A DNA stretch of 63,825 nucleotides, filler included, from Thraustochytrium aureum (GCA_012862495.1; 7 parts of 3 records of this genome joined end to end with filler, not necessarily neighbours in it), one strand, 5' to 3'. Shown: positions 34,853 to 47,497, numbered from the whole stretch's first letter. Notes: generated by a model from the sequence alone, not told the origin. Numbers and translations are program-made.

Positions 34853-34924
34853 ATCCCCTCCACGTGCGCTCATCCGATCGCTGGGGTCGTAAGGACAAGT
34901 CCCGCAGGCTGGTTGGTGCCCGAG

Positions 34925-36727
34925 ATGGACGGCGACGCGAGCGAGTTGTTCGCAGACACAATTTGCGACGCGGACCCAGATCATGACCTCGCGCAGACCA
35001 GGCGGAGCGGCGTTGTTAAGGACGCGGGCCTCGCCGAGGAGCTCGCCGCACGAGACGGGGACTGCGGGGCCGTGATGAAGCACGCCTGCCGCCAAGAAGA
35101 GAAACCGTCTAGTCGAGCTGGCATTGCCACGCCAAGCCGGCTCCTCGCGCTCGGCGCAGTGCTCGCCGCCGCAGCCGCGATCTGGCTCGGCCTGTGGGCA
35201 CCAAACAATAGCATGGCGAAGCTCGAGAAACTAGCGCGCAAACAGTTCTCCGCGCCGACCAAGGGCCTCCAGGCCGCGCCAGAGGAGGCCCCGGCCGAGG
35301 AGGTCCAGTTCCCACAGCAGGACGAGATGCCAGAAACGCCTGTGACGTTTTCGCTCTTCTACAACGGCGCCGACACGAAGAGCAAGGGCATCGAGAGCTC
35401 GAGCGAGCTCTGGCAGGGCCTGGACGAGATGATCCGCACATTGTGCCCCGAAGTGCCAGAGGCCCAGGAGGTGGCGCACGAGAACAATGCGACTCTGCGG
35501 CGGATCTGTGAGCCCCTAACCGGCGCCCGGGTCTTTTCCGAGACTGGACTGCGCATCCACTCGTTTGTTCAAGTTGTCGACCAGTCGCGCCTCTACCTGG
35601 TGCCGCAGGGCCAGCACTTTGTGTTTCCGCTTTTCGAGGTCGGCAACGAGATCTTCCCGGCGGTGCGCTCCCCGATCCCCGGCAAGCCAATCAAGCTGAC
35701 GCAGCTGTCCATGTCGCCAGCGTGTCTTTCAGGTGGAGAACTTTATCACGCCCGAGGAGATCCAGAGCATCCTGGACCACAACGAAGACCTCGTCAAGCC
35801 GAGCGAGGTCGGGTTTAGTGGGTGGCGCGACGGCACGCGCACCTCGAGCACAGCCTGGGACTTTCACTCTTGGGCCGCNNNNNNNNNNNNNNNNNNNNNN
35901 NNNNNNNNNNNNNNNNNNNNNNNNNNNNNNNNNNNNNNNNNNNNNNNNNNNNNNNNNNNNNNNNNNNNNNNNNNNNNNNNNNNNNNNNNNNNNNNNNNNN
36001 NNNNNNNNNNNNNNNNNNNNNNNNNNNNNNNNNNNNNNNNNNNNNNNNNNNNNNNNNNNNNNNNNNNNNNNNNNNNNNNNGCACGAACCGCTTTGCCACC
36101 GTGTTCGTCTACCTGACCTCCGTGGAGGAAGGTGGACATACTGTGTTTCCGCTGTCCAAGTCGCACAAGGGCTACAACGGAGAGCAGATTGTGCACCCTG
36201 GCACGGAGCGCACAGCAGGCTACATCGCCCAGAACGACGCCGAGTGGGCCTGCAACACCTCGTCCACGGCGCTGCGCAGCCCGACCTATGCCGGCGGCGC
36301 GCTCTTGTTCTACAACCAGGGCCCCGACTCTGCGCTCGACAAGTTTAGCCTGCACGGAGGGTGCCCCGTGATCAAGGGCGTCAAGTGGAGCGCCAACGTC
36401 TGGCTCTGGAACCGCCCCAAGCCGGGCAAAGAGAAGGCCAAGGACCAGCGCCCTGCGCCAGACCACCACTCGATCCAGGTGCAGTTCCACAACAACTTGC
36501 CGGAACCTGTCAACCTGTTTTGGGACGATGGGACGGAGGAGATGGTCTTCCAGTCGGAGATCCTCCCGGGCGAGTTTTCGCCCATGACGACCTACCACGG
36601 GCACCGTTTCCTCGTGCGCAGCACGACGACGAACGAGACCTTGCACGAGTTTGTGGCCCACGACAAGTACAAGGGCCAGGGGTTCGTCGCTGAGATCGGG
36701 GGTGCGGCGCCGCTCCCAGACGCCTGA
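34925..36727 (+). CDS. Membrane-anchored prolyl 4-hydroxylase with an N-terminal DCX-like segment and a C-terminal VHL-beta-like domain; frameshift ~35720, internal gap; start may be 35074
   Basis: LSMSPRVFQVENFITPEE; NRFATVFVYLTSVEEGGHTVFP; ALLFY..DKFSLHGGCPVIKGVKWSANVW; C-terminal VQFHNNLPEPVNLFW..ILPGE..TTYHGHRFLVR. Confidence 0.9.
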
Positions 36728-38711
36728 TCGCGCCGCCGCCCGCGTTCAAAACCACGTAGGCCTGCCTACCTACCTTAGTGTACTTACTTCTGAAGAAACA
36801 GACAAATTGCTGATTGACTTTTCACTGGGCGGGCAGCTGTCTCCGGCTTGACCCTCTCCAGCGAGCCGCCTCCGTGGCGCAGCGAGACGTCCCTGTTGGC
36901 GCCGCCTTGTCTTCGAGAGACTTGGTCGCCAGGCAGCGCCGTTCTTCCGCGTTTTCTCTCGCGGTCGTCGCCTTCTCTAGAGCTAGCTAGCGTACACCCA
37001 AGCACGTGGAGCAGCCTACATCAACCGACCGGTAGGGCTCCTGGCGAGGAGTTGCGCTCCTGGCAGGCTGGGCTGGGCTGGGCGGCTCGGCAGGCTTCCG
37101 TCCACCACGCCGCAACGCTCGCAAAAGCTCGGACGTCGTCGTGCTCCTCGGCTCGTTCCGATCCCTGCCCTGCGAGCGACGTTCGATGTTCTGGCGCCGC
37201 AGCGGGCGATTCGTAAGCCATGGCCTATCCAACGAATGGGTCGCCCGAGCTGCTGACTGTGCAATCAATGTGCCGATTAACGGAGGACTTTTGCGTGCGT
37301 AGCCCCTCATGACGCGCCACAAAACTGGCAGAGTCTGTCGCGACTCCCGGCTGAACTCGAACAGCCAAGGCTCATCTGCCGAGCCGCGGAGTGTCTACAG
37401 GATACAGCGGCGTGGGGTGCGAAACTGGAGTCGAAGACTCGAAATGCGCGACTCCCCGGAGTTGCATTTTCGACCACAACCGCGCAGGTTTGCACCATCA
37501 CGCGCTCGGCGTGTGCTTGTGGGCCAAACCGCAACGGACGCGCTCGAAGCTGGCGCCATTTGGGGGCTCTTTGCGGGCCGCGAGCCAGGAAGGCGTCGGC
37601 GGTGGTGGCGCACTGGGGCGGGACGTGTGCGGGCGTGCCACCAACACACCACCCGCGTTCGAGCGGTGCTTCGAAACCAGTCGACAGGTTGGTCCGCCAC
37701 CTGCCAGTGGGCGGTCCAAGCCGCCGCTGACTTGACCAAGAGGAAAGAGATAGATAGAGATAGAGAAAGGGCGCAGCAGTCTGTCTTGGCCGCGCGGGCG
37801 GCACCGCGCCGTCTCGCGTCGCGGCTCGACCCGCGTCGCGCAGATAACGAGAACGGCAGCTCGAGCTCCGACCCGAGCGAGCGCGGGAGCACGCACGCAC
37901 GAGCGCCTCGTGGCGTTGGGCACAGAATGGGCAAGTCGGCAGGAGCGCCCGCAGAGGTCAACCCTGCGACAGCCGACGCCGCCGCAAGCGCTGGGCCAAA
38001 CGGGCCCTTCGACCACCGAGCGCAAGGCGAGGGCAGGCCCGCGACAAGAAGAGGCCCAAGCCTGCAAGCGCAGGCCGTTCTAGCAGAGTTAGGGTACTGC
38101 AGGAGCAGCAGGTACTGGGCCCGTGGGCGGCGCCTCGAGCGCCTCGAGAGCCCCAGCTCGGAAGAGGCGCAGTTTCCCGATTCCGTGTCACATACCGAGC
38201 TCCGCGAACTGGTCCACCTTCACAGCGGCGCAGCGTGTTCCAGGCCTCGCTGCGCATACCACGCCAAAACGGAGACACCAGCTGAAAGAAGCAGGCCGCA
38301 TATGAGAGCCTTGGCGGCGTCTCCGCGGCTCGACGGTGGGAAAGGAATGTGCCGCTCGGCCAGCCAGGGGCGGCGCTTGCACTGCGGCTTCGGGGTAGTT
38401 GCTGTTTCCCTGCATCGCCCGTGCGAGCGCCCGCGGTGCCCCTACTGCACTTAGAGCGCGGCGCGGCACCCGGCCTGCTTGTTTTCAGTCCCGCGAGGGA
38501 GGGCTCCTTATATAAATGCAGTTTGTTATTTTTTCCCGCCTCGACCCACCGCCCGTTCTCTCGAGGATGGGGCCCTGTAGCGAGCCCGAGCCCCAGGCCC
38601 CAGCCCGAGCCCCAGGCCTCAAAACCGATTTCAATGAAACAACAACATACGCTTTCAAAGTGTTCATGATACTCCAGTCCAGACACCGACCGGAACCCGC
38701 TTGGAGCTGCC

Positions 38712-39466
38712 CTACTGTGCTGGAGCGCTCGACGACATCTTGGCCTGGATTTCAGCCTCGGCCTTCTTCTGCTTCGCCTTGGAGTGGTTTGTCAGCGAGT
38801 ATCGGAGCGTCTTGGGCACGACGACAACGCCAGCAGAGTCCTTCTCCACCTGGTTGCGCAGCTGCCGCATCGTCTGCGAGCACTTCGAGTTGTCCCCGAA
38901 CGGGAAAAAGCACATCACCACGTTGATGATCGNNNNNNNNNNNNNNNNNNNNNNNNNNNNNNNNNNNNNNNNNNNNNNNNNNNNNNNNNNNNNNNNNNNN
39001 NNNNNNNNNNNNNNNNNNNNNNNNNNNNNNNNNNNNNNNNNNNNNNNNNNNNNNNNNNNNNNNNNNNNNNNNNNNNNNNNNNNNNNNNNNNNNNNNNNNN
39101 NNNNACCACGTTGATGATCGGCGCCCCAGGGATGATCAGTGGCAGGAACCCGGTGGAGCAGTCCTCCACATGGCACTTGGACGAGCTCGCGTCGATAGCG
39201 CTGAAGGCGAAGGTGAGCTGGTCGAGCCACTTGATGCCCGTGAACAGCTCGATCACCATCGTCTTCTTCTCCGCGTCCTGCTTGAGCGTGCGAAACCCCG
39301 CCTTGTGCAGCGCTTCAGCAGCCGCCCACACCTTGGCCATCGCCTCGTCCACCGGGACGTTGAAGGTCCACTCTTGCTCCTCGGAGTGAAAGTTGCGAAC
39401 GCCCGGGAGCCACGACGCAGGTCGCAGCTTGCGCTGCACGGCAGCTTGCATGCCAATGTAGACCAT
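38712..39466 (-). CDS. Hypothetical protein (~190 aa); the internal gap appears spurious
   Basis: The 16-nt ACCACGTTGATGATCG flanks both sides of the gap; merging gives a continuous ORF ...GFLPLIIPGAPIINVVMCFFPFGDN... Confidence 0.75.
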
Positions 39467-39810
39467 CGTGTCTTCTCGCGTTGCACGTTTCGAATGTCTC
39501 GATCGATCGATCGATTCCGGTCTGCTGGTGCAATGCGCGCAGACTGTTGCCTCGTTTCCACAAGCGCGCGCGCCGTGAGTGCGACACCTCGGTCGAGCAG
39601 GCGAATTTCTTCCCGGCTTCCTGCATTACTAGTACCGACAGACCCGAGTGTGCCGTCGATCAATCATCTTGTGAGTTCATACCGAGGAGGATCTCTCCTT
39701 GTTCGTAGCAAGTTCGTAGTGAGTGGTACTTGCCTACTTGCTCGGCTGGTTTGCGGGGCCTTGACTTGCTGTCGGAGCCGCCAGGTGCACTGCAAAAATG
39801 GACATGGACT

Positions 39811-40238
39811 CGCTCGCGTGCCGAGCAACGAGCTGCTCGCTGCACTGGCGCGATGTTGTGACGAGCCGGGGAGCGGCGTCACGTGTGAAATGACGACGGT
39901 CACGATAACGTGCTGTCACCGAGTGCCCGCTCGCGTGCCGAGCAACGAGCTGCTCGCTGCACTGGCGCGATGTTGTGACGAGCCGGGGAGCGGCGTCACG
40001 TGTGAAATGACGGCTAGCTGGATCAAGTGCTGTCACCGAGTGCACCGGCCGCGTGCCGAGCAACGAGCTGCTCGCTGCGCTGGCGCGATGTTGTGACGAG
40101 ACCGGGGAGCGGCATCACGTGTGAAATGACGGCTAGCTGGATCAACTGCTGTCACCAAGCGCACCGCTCGCGTGCCGAGCAACGGCTGCTCGCTGCACTG
40201 GCCGATGGTGGACGAGCCGTGGAGCGGCGTCACGGTGT
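39811..40238. repeat. ~117-119-bp tandem repeat, ~3.6 copies, running into the contig end
   Basis: Units start at ~39811, 39928, 40046 and 40165 (CGCGTGCCGAGCAACGAGCTGCTCGCTGC...GTCACGTGTGAAATGAC...). Confidence 0.92.
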
Positions 40239-41309
40239 NNNNNNNNNNNNNNNNNNNNNNNNNNNNNNNNNNNNNNNNNNNNTTAATTAATTAANNNNNN
40301 NNNNNNNNNNNNNNNNNNNNNNNNNNNNNNNNNNNNNNTCATCATCATCGATCGATCGATCGATCGATCGATCGATCGCCCTGGGGTTGTTTGCCTGCCT
40401 GCCTGCCCGGCGTGCGCGTTGGGCCGACCTGCGCTGTGGAGCGCGCAGGCGGATGGAGCGAGCGGAGACGCTGTGGTTCTGGTGCTAGCCAGAGCTGCCG
40501 GTGTTGGTGGTGATTCGTCGATGCGCTTTGCCGACGGCTGGCGCTTGGTTGGGGCTCCGTCAGGACCCAACGGGTTGGTCTGGGGTTTACTCCCTTCAGC
40601 ACGCGGCTTCTTTCGCGGGCAGGGGTTCCCCCGTTTTGGCGCGAGTCCTTTCCTGCCGTGTCTTGTCAGGCTCGCCCTCGAATCGCCTGCGCGTGTGCAG
40701 CGCTTGGCCCGTCGAAAGCGGACGCTGCTTCGTCGTCCTTGCCTTCCTCTGTGCGCAGGAGTCATTGGCCTTCGCTCGCGCATGCGGGCAGTTCGTGCGC
40801 GAGCGAGCGCCCATTGCTCGAGCAACGCGGCCTGTCCAGGCTGGTAAGGCGGCAAGAGCGCAGGGCCGCCAGCCGGATGTGCCGATCTTGAAACCTCCAT
40901 GACAAACCCACAACCAGCGTCAAGCCTCGATCGATCGATCGATCGATCAACCGACGGATGCCGCCGGGTGGGCCGCGTCGAGCAGGACGATCTCATCCTC
41001 ACGCTGATGGGAAAAAAGGGCAATGTTTTTGAATACCTGGTGCTGGTAGAGTAAGCTGAGCGAAAGGAAAACGCCCTGCCTCAACTCGGCCAGCAACAAC
41101 ACGAGCAGAGCAGCATCCGAGGCAGCGCAGGAGCAGCGGCGCGCGAGGGCGGCAGGAGCGAGGGCGCTGTCGGCTGCGGCGGCCGTTCGCCGGGGCAGCG
41201 CTGTTTGGCCTGCGTTGGTCGCCCGGGTTTGTTGGGCCGGTTGGCGTTGGCAATTTTTTTTCCTCGGGAAAGTGGGTGGCGCGGTCACAGCTCGCCGCCG
41301 CCGACGAGG

Positions 41310-44300
41310 ATGCGGCGAAGGAAGGCTGCGAACGCGGTTGAGGAGGCCGGGGGGGGCGCAGGGAAGGAAAGACAGGCGCGCAAGCGCCCAAGGTTGCCCG
41401 CTGCCAAGAGTGGCGCCGCCGAAGGGCAGTCGCCTCCACGCCGACAGAGCCCAAGAGCTACTTTGGCGACCACGGCGGCAACGCTTGACGCGCCGCCGCC
41501 GCGCGTGCGACGAAGATTGCGCAATACTAAGCAGACCACATCACCCCCCATTCATGCAGGCCGTGCCCTGTCACCTGGGCCCGCCACCACTACCCGTCAG
41601 AGGGGTCGCGCAGGCAGGCGTCCATCGGCTGGGGAAAGCAACTCGGGCTCGAGCGCGGCAGAATCCTCGCCGTTGCAGAAGCCGCCAGCACGCCTGCGGA
41701 ACGCGCGGCGGGTCGAAACCCGCCCGCGGGAGCCCAGCCCGCAAGTGAGCTTGTTGAGCTCTGGCGATGACGATTCGGAGGACATCCAGAACGGCGACAG
41801 CAATGATGACGATGACGATGACGATGACGACGTTTTAACCGACAGCTCGAGGCAGGCACGTGGACGGCTGTCCAGGCGCAAGCAAAAGTTTGCCATGGTG
41901 CCGACTTCCGCCAAGTCGTCATCGTCCCTGGTTGGAAGGACGCTGACCAAGGCCGAAATGCGAGGCAACCCGCCCATGAAAGACCACTTTCGCCCGTTCT
42001 TCCCCGAAAAACTTGAGGTGGAGCGCCTTCTGGCCTATCGGCGGGTCGGTAAGGTGAACCAGTATTTGGTCAAGTGGAAGGGCTATTCGTACCTGCACGC
42101 CGAGTGGCGCAGCCAGCGCGCACTGAGCAAAATGGATGCCGCCAACATGCGGCGCATCGCCAACTACCACCGCGACGAAGAGAGCGAGTACAGCTCTGAC
42201 GACGACGACGATGGGGATGAAGCAGAGAGGGAATCGCGGCGCCAAATCGATGGGACCGGCGGTGGGCCCGAGGACGCCAGTGCAGCTCCTCGCGCGGCTC
42301 TTCCGCTGCGCGGACGGCGCGAATCAAGTGCCGACGCGCCCCTAGACCACTCGGTAAAAACCGCCGGCAAGAACGACGTCGACGGCGACGACGACGACGA
42401 CCCGCCCTTTAGCAGGGACTTTACAGTCGTGCAACGCGTTCTGGCGTACTTTGAAAAGACCGTGCGACTCGGCGCGGCTCCCCCGTTTCATTGCGCGTTC
42501 GGGGACGTTGGCCGCGTTGTACAGCCCCAGCAGCACCAGCAGCCAAAGGACGCCTCGTCAGGCCTCGCTCTGCATGCCTACGTCCTGGTCAAGTGGGAGC
42601 AGTGTCCGTACACCGAGCTAACTTGGGAGCCAGTCGCCGCGCTTGACGAAGCCATGCTCCAGAGGAAGCTGGCCGAGTTTCATCTGCAAAACTCGATCAA
42701 CAGCCAAGTCGCACTCGAAAAGTTCGCGCCCTTGGGCCGAGACATGGTTTGCGTCGACCCGTCAAAGTTTCGCCGCCTCAGCCCTGACGTAGAGTACGGC
42801 GGTGTGGATACCAGGGGCTCGGGCCTCAAACTACGCGACTATCAGTTGGAAGGCGTCAACTGGCTCTTGTGGAACTGGGTAAACAAGCGGCGAGGGTCCA
42901 TGCTGGCCGACGAAATGGGGCTCGGCAAGACCATCCAGGTCGTCGCCATGTTTGAGGAGATGCGCCAGGGTCGGACGATCCCATCTTCGCTGAGCCCGAG
43001 CGACCAGCGGTGGATGCGCACGCGCGGTCCGCACTTGGTTGTGGCTCCGCTCTCCTGTGTTGTGCAGTGGCGCCGCGAAATCGAGACCTGGACTGATATG
43101 AACGTTGTCATTTACCATGGCAGCAACGATGCTCGTCAGGAGATCGAGGACTACGAGTTTTATTTCCGGCGCAACGAAGTGCACAACGGCCAAGACGCGC
43201 GCAAAGTCGACCACCTCAACTTTATGCGCTTCGAGGTTTTGGTTACTACGTACGAGGTGGCGTACCGCGACGCCCCGGGCTTCGAAAGATTCCGTGGCGC
43301 TGCCTCGTTGTGGATGAGGCCCACCGCCTCAAGAATCGCGAGTCGCGCTTGAACCGCGACCTGCAGACCTACAAGCGTGATTACACGGTACTCCTAACGG
43401 GTACGCCGATCCAGAACAACACGGAGGAGCTTTGGGCATTGCTAAACTTCCTCACAGGCCCAGCGGCCGAGATGGGCAAGCCCAGCGCGTCTGCAACCGC
43501 CAGGTCAAGCGACGCAAAGCGTCGCGCAAAGTCGGCTCTGAAGCGGAAGCGCAAGGCTCGCACCGAGAGCGGCAGCAGCGGCAGCGGCGGCGGCGACAAC
43601 GACTGGGGCGAAAGTGACAGCGAGCCTGAAGACTTTTGGTTTCGGGACGCGATGCGGCTCGAGTTCCTCCGCGAATTTGGGGATATGAAGAGTCACAGCC
43701 AAGTCAAGAAACTGACCCACATGCTTCGCCCCTTCCTTCTTCGACGCGTCAAGGAAGACGTCGGCAAACAGATGCCGCCCAAGGAGGAGACCATTGTGGA
43801 GGTGGAGCTCACCCACGTCCAAAAGAAGTACTATCGGGGAATCTACGAAAAGAACACCACGTTCCTGTACCGCGGGGGCAAACCTACAAATGGGCCCTCG
43901 CTCATGAACGTCATGATGGAGCTGCGCAAGTGCTGCAATCACCCGTTTCTGAACCGGGGCGTCGAGGACGCCATCCTCGACGAGCGCCTCTCTGATGCCA
44001 CGCAGCCCCAAGAGGCCAAACTGGCCTCAGGGGGGGGCGAGACCTTCGGCACGGGGGGCGCCTCGGCCTCGGCCGCAACCTCCCGAGCGGACCGCCGCCT
44101 AGCTGATGAAACGCAAAAGATGGCGCGGCGCACTCAGCTGATCGAAGCGTCCGGGAAGCTGGTCTTGCTCGACAAGCTCCTCCCAAAACTGTTGGCAGGC
44201 AAACACAAGGTGCTCATCTTTTCTCAAATGGTGCGCATGCTCGACCTGCTCGCCGAGTTCTGCCAGCTGCGCGCTTACTCGTTCGAGCGCCTAGACGGCG

Positions 44301-47300
44301 GCGTCACCGGCGCCGAGCGCCAGGGCGCCATCGACCGCTTCTCAGCGCCGGACTCGAAGCACTTTGTGATGCTCCTTCGACCCGGGCGGGGGGCCTGGGG
44401 CTGAATCTGGCTTGCGCAGACACTGTCATCATCTACGACTCAGATTGGAACCCGCAAAACGACCTCCAAGCGCAAGCGCGCTCTCACCGCATTGGGCAGA
44501 CTCGGCCCGTCAAGGTGTACCGCCTGCTAACCCGAAAGACGTATGAAATGGCCATGTTTCAGAAAGCCAGCATAAAACTCGGGCTTGACCGCGCGATGCT
44601 CTCGACGGACAAGCAGGCCAAGGCAGACGAGGCAGACGGCGGGCGCTCTGGAAAGAACAAGGGCAAGCTCGGCCTGACTTCCAAAGAGGTCGACCGCATC
44701 CTCAAGCACGGTGCTTACGCCGCGTTCGGCGAGAGCGAGCAAGACTCTAAGGAAGCCAGCAGCAGCTTCCTCAACGCCAGCATCGACGAGATTCTTGAAA
44801 AGGCCAGCCATGTCGTCGACCTCTCAAACGCTGGCAAGAGCTCTGGCAGCGATGCAGTTCTCGGGGCTTTTTCGACGGCCGTTTTCAAGACCAACCGCCG
44901 CGCCGACGCGGCCGACGCGGCCGACGTGGACGTGGACGACCCTGAGTTTTGGAGCAAGGTGGCCGGCTTCGAGGAGCCGGACGACGACGACCAGGGCCTC
45001 GCGAGCTTGGGCCTGTCGAAAGAAAAGATCCTGCAAAGCGGCGAGAAGCGCGCTCGCCGCGCAGTGGTCCGCATGGGAATGGTGGGCGCCAACGACGACT
45101 CCGGTGACGAGTCCCGCACGCGGACCGCCAACGCGAAGAAGCGCAAGGCCTCCTCGCTTCAACAGCAACGCCGTCTCGAGAAAGACAGAGAAAAGCAGCG
45201 TCGCCGCGCCACGCGCCACCGCCTCAAGTTTGCCAACGCGCGCGATGCCGCATTCTTGGACAGGTCCCGTCCCAAAACGTCCTCGCCCTGGAGCGACCGA
45301 GCACGGAACAAAGTCATGGACGGTCTCCGCAAGTATGGCTGGGGGAAGTGGGAACAAATCCGTGCTGATCAAGGCCTCGAGACCCACGGAGACGAGGACC
45401 GCCTCATGCGGTTTGCGTGCGCTATCATTCGCGTCCTGCACGCTTATGCCGTCGACGAAAACGCTCGGGACCCGCAGCGTGGCCGACGGCACGTGGGCGA
45501 AGTCTTCACACCGGAGGTCACCGCTATGGGGATTGTCAAAAGAGCGCAGCTGGTCGATCTGTCCGGCGAAGAGTCCATGCAGGCCGAGAAGGTCCTCACC
45601 AAGCGCATGTTTGTGTCGCGGATGCTCAACGGCGCGGCGCGCGGGTTTTTCGAGCGCCTCGACTTGCTTTTCGCCATCAATGAGCTCACCGAAAAGGCTG
45701 AGGCGCAGGCAGTTGCGCAGCTCACGTCCCAGCTCCGCTTGCCAGAGTCCCTGGCGCGCCAGGCCGGCGCTGCGGAAGGCGCTGGACTCCTTTTTCACGC
45801 CAGCATCAGTGGGCTAGGGAACGCCGGCATTGTGCTGGGGCTGATGCCGTCGCCGACCTCGCCGGACTCCCATGGCAGGGTCGCTAGAAGGGGCCCCTGC
45901 GAGCCAGCAAGCGCGCGAGCAGGAGTGGCTCTGGGTTGTGCGGACGATGGTGCCAGGCTCGCCGGCGGCGTCGTCTGGGTTCATTCGCGCCGGCGATATA
46001 CTGGAGGGCGTAAACGGGTTTGCCACGGCGGGTATGGCGACAGTGGCTGAGCTGAATGAGGCCATGTTTTCGCCCGCGACTTGCCGGGCCGAGCGGCTTG
46101 CCAAGTGGCGTGAGCGCGCACGAGGAAAGCGGCATGGAGCCAGCAAGGGCAGCGAAGCCGAGTCTGGCGATCAGGGCCATGGCACTGATGGCGAAAGTGA
46201 AGACGCCTCCGAATGGGAGTCGGACGATGCCGTGTCATCTTCAGACGACAATTCCGACGCAGAGGACGCGCCGGGAAGCCTCGAGCCAGCGGAGGTGCCC
46301 AACCCTCGCCGTGACGGGGCTCCAAAGCGCGTCCTGGACTTTCGCGCTGGCAAGCCGCTCGTCGGCGAGGCCAACGGCGCGAAGGTCGTGCTGCTTGGTT
46401 TGAGCGACACGGATGGACCGCAGTCCGGCACTTTTGACCTTCGCGTAGCTGCCGTGCTCAGCGACCGCCAGCCTTCCTTCAACTGGTCCACTGACCAGGT
46501 GGTGGACTGGGTTGCTCCGCACGTTCGTGGCCGAGAAAACCTTGGTCCTCTCGCAGCATTTCTCGCGTCTAGAGCTTGCGATGTGGACAACTCGACAGTG
46601 AGAACGATTTGCGAGAGGATTCGTCAACTTGAGAGTGCGTCTGGCTCTGCGGCACCGCCGCCAGCGTCCAGGTCCTGCGAGGAGAAGGTGGTCAGTTCGT
46701 TAGACCTGGAGCAAGGCGCAAGTCAAGACGTTAGAGCCGGAGGGGCTGGGGAGCAGGTTGCTGAAGTCAGTCAAGACGAGGCTGTGGAGTGGTTCTGCGG
46801 TCTGTCGAGCGAGGCTGACTGGGACGCTCTCCTCGTCGAAAGAACCGCGTTGGCGCTCAACGCGACCATTCCTGGGCGCGCGACGCCAGAGCTGCTGGCC
46901 CACATGCGGCTGCGTGGAACCGCATCGAATTGGACACGCGAGATGGATACTCACTTGTTGATTGGCGTCTCGAGGTATGGGCTGGACCCCAAAGAGCTCG
47001 ACTTTATCGCGGCTGACTCAAGTCTGGCGTTTGCTCGAGCCGTTGGGCACGACAAAGCCAAATCCCAGCTCGACGCGTTGTGCCGAGCTCTGGAGGAGCG
47101 CGCAGAGCAGCGGCGGGAGCACCGACGGGCGCAGCTGCGGCTTAAGCGCAAAGGACGCGACGAGCAAATTTCAACGCCACCTGCAGTGCAAGGCGCGCCT
47201 TCGGGTGTAGAAGGAGCTCAATCCAACACAGTGTCTTCCTCGCCACAAGGCGATGCAGCAGCAGCAGCAGCAGCTCCATCATCCGCTTGTGCTACGGAAG

Positions 47301-47497
47301 ACAGTGAAGATATCGTCCATGGTGCCGCTGGCGCAAGCGCAGCTGGTGCAATTGAGGAGAGCCTTCCAGCTGGTCCATCAGAGTTCCTTCCGCCATTCAC
47401 ATCCATCGTGCACTATTTACAGTGGCTTCTGCGGCCATCGCAAGACGAGCTTTCTGCGCAGCGCGGGGAGGTAGCGCGCAACGCTAATCTCGATTGA
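41310..47497 (+). CDS. Chromodomain-helicase-DNA-binding remodeller (CHD6-9-like) with an internal PDZ-like domain; frameshifts ~43278, ~44378, ~45870
   Basis: Two chromodomains ([30 protein letters not shown]); SNF2 motifs [98 protein letters not shown]-like segments. Confidence 0.95.

Noticed and set aside
37309..38454. 381-aa ORF
   Set aside because: Arg/Ala-rich, no motif, spans an (AGAT)-type microsatellite; typical spurious ORF of high-GC DNA
1668..47497. Frequent frameshifts read as programmed frameshifting, RNA editing or pseudogenisation
   Set aside because: They hit conserved housekeeping genes (CHD, V-ATPase e, thioesterase), often at homopolymers, with no shared slippery motif; sequencing error is the simplest explanation
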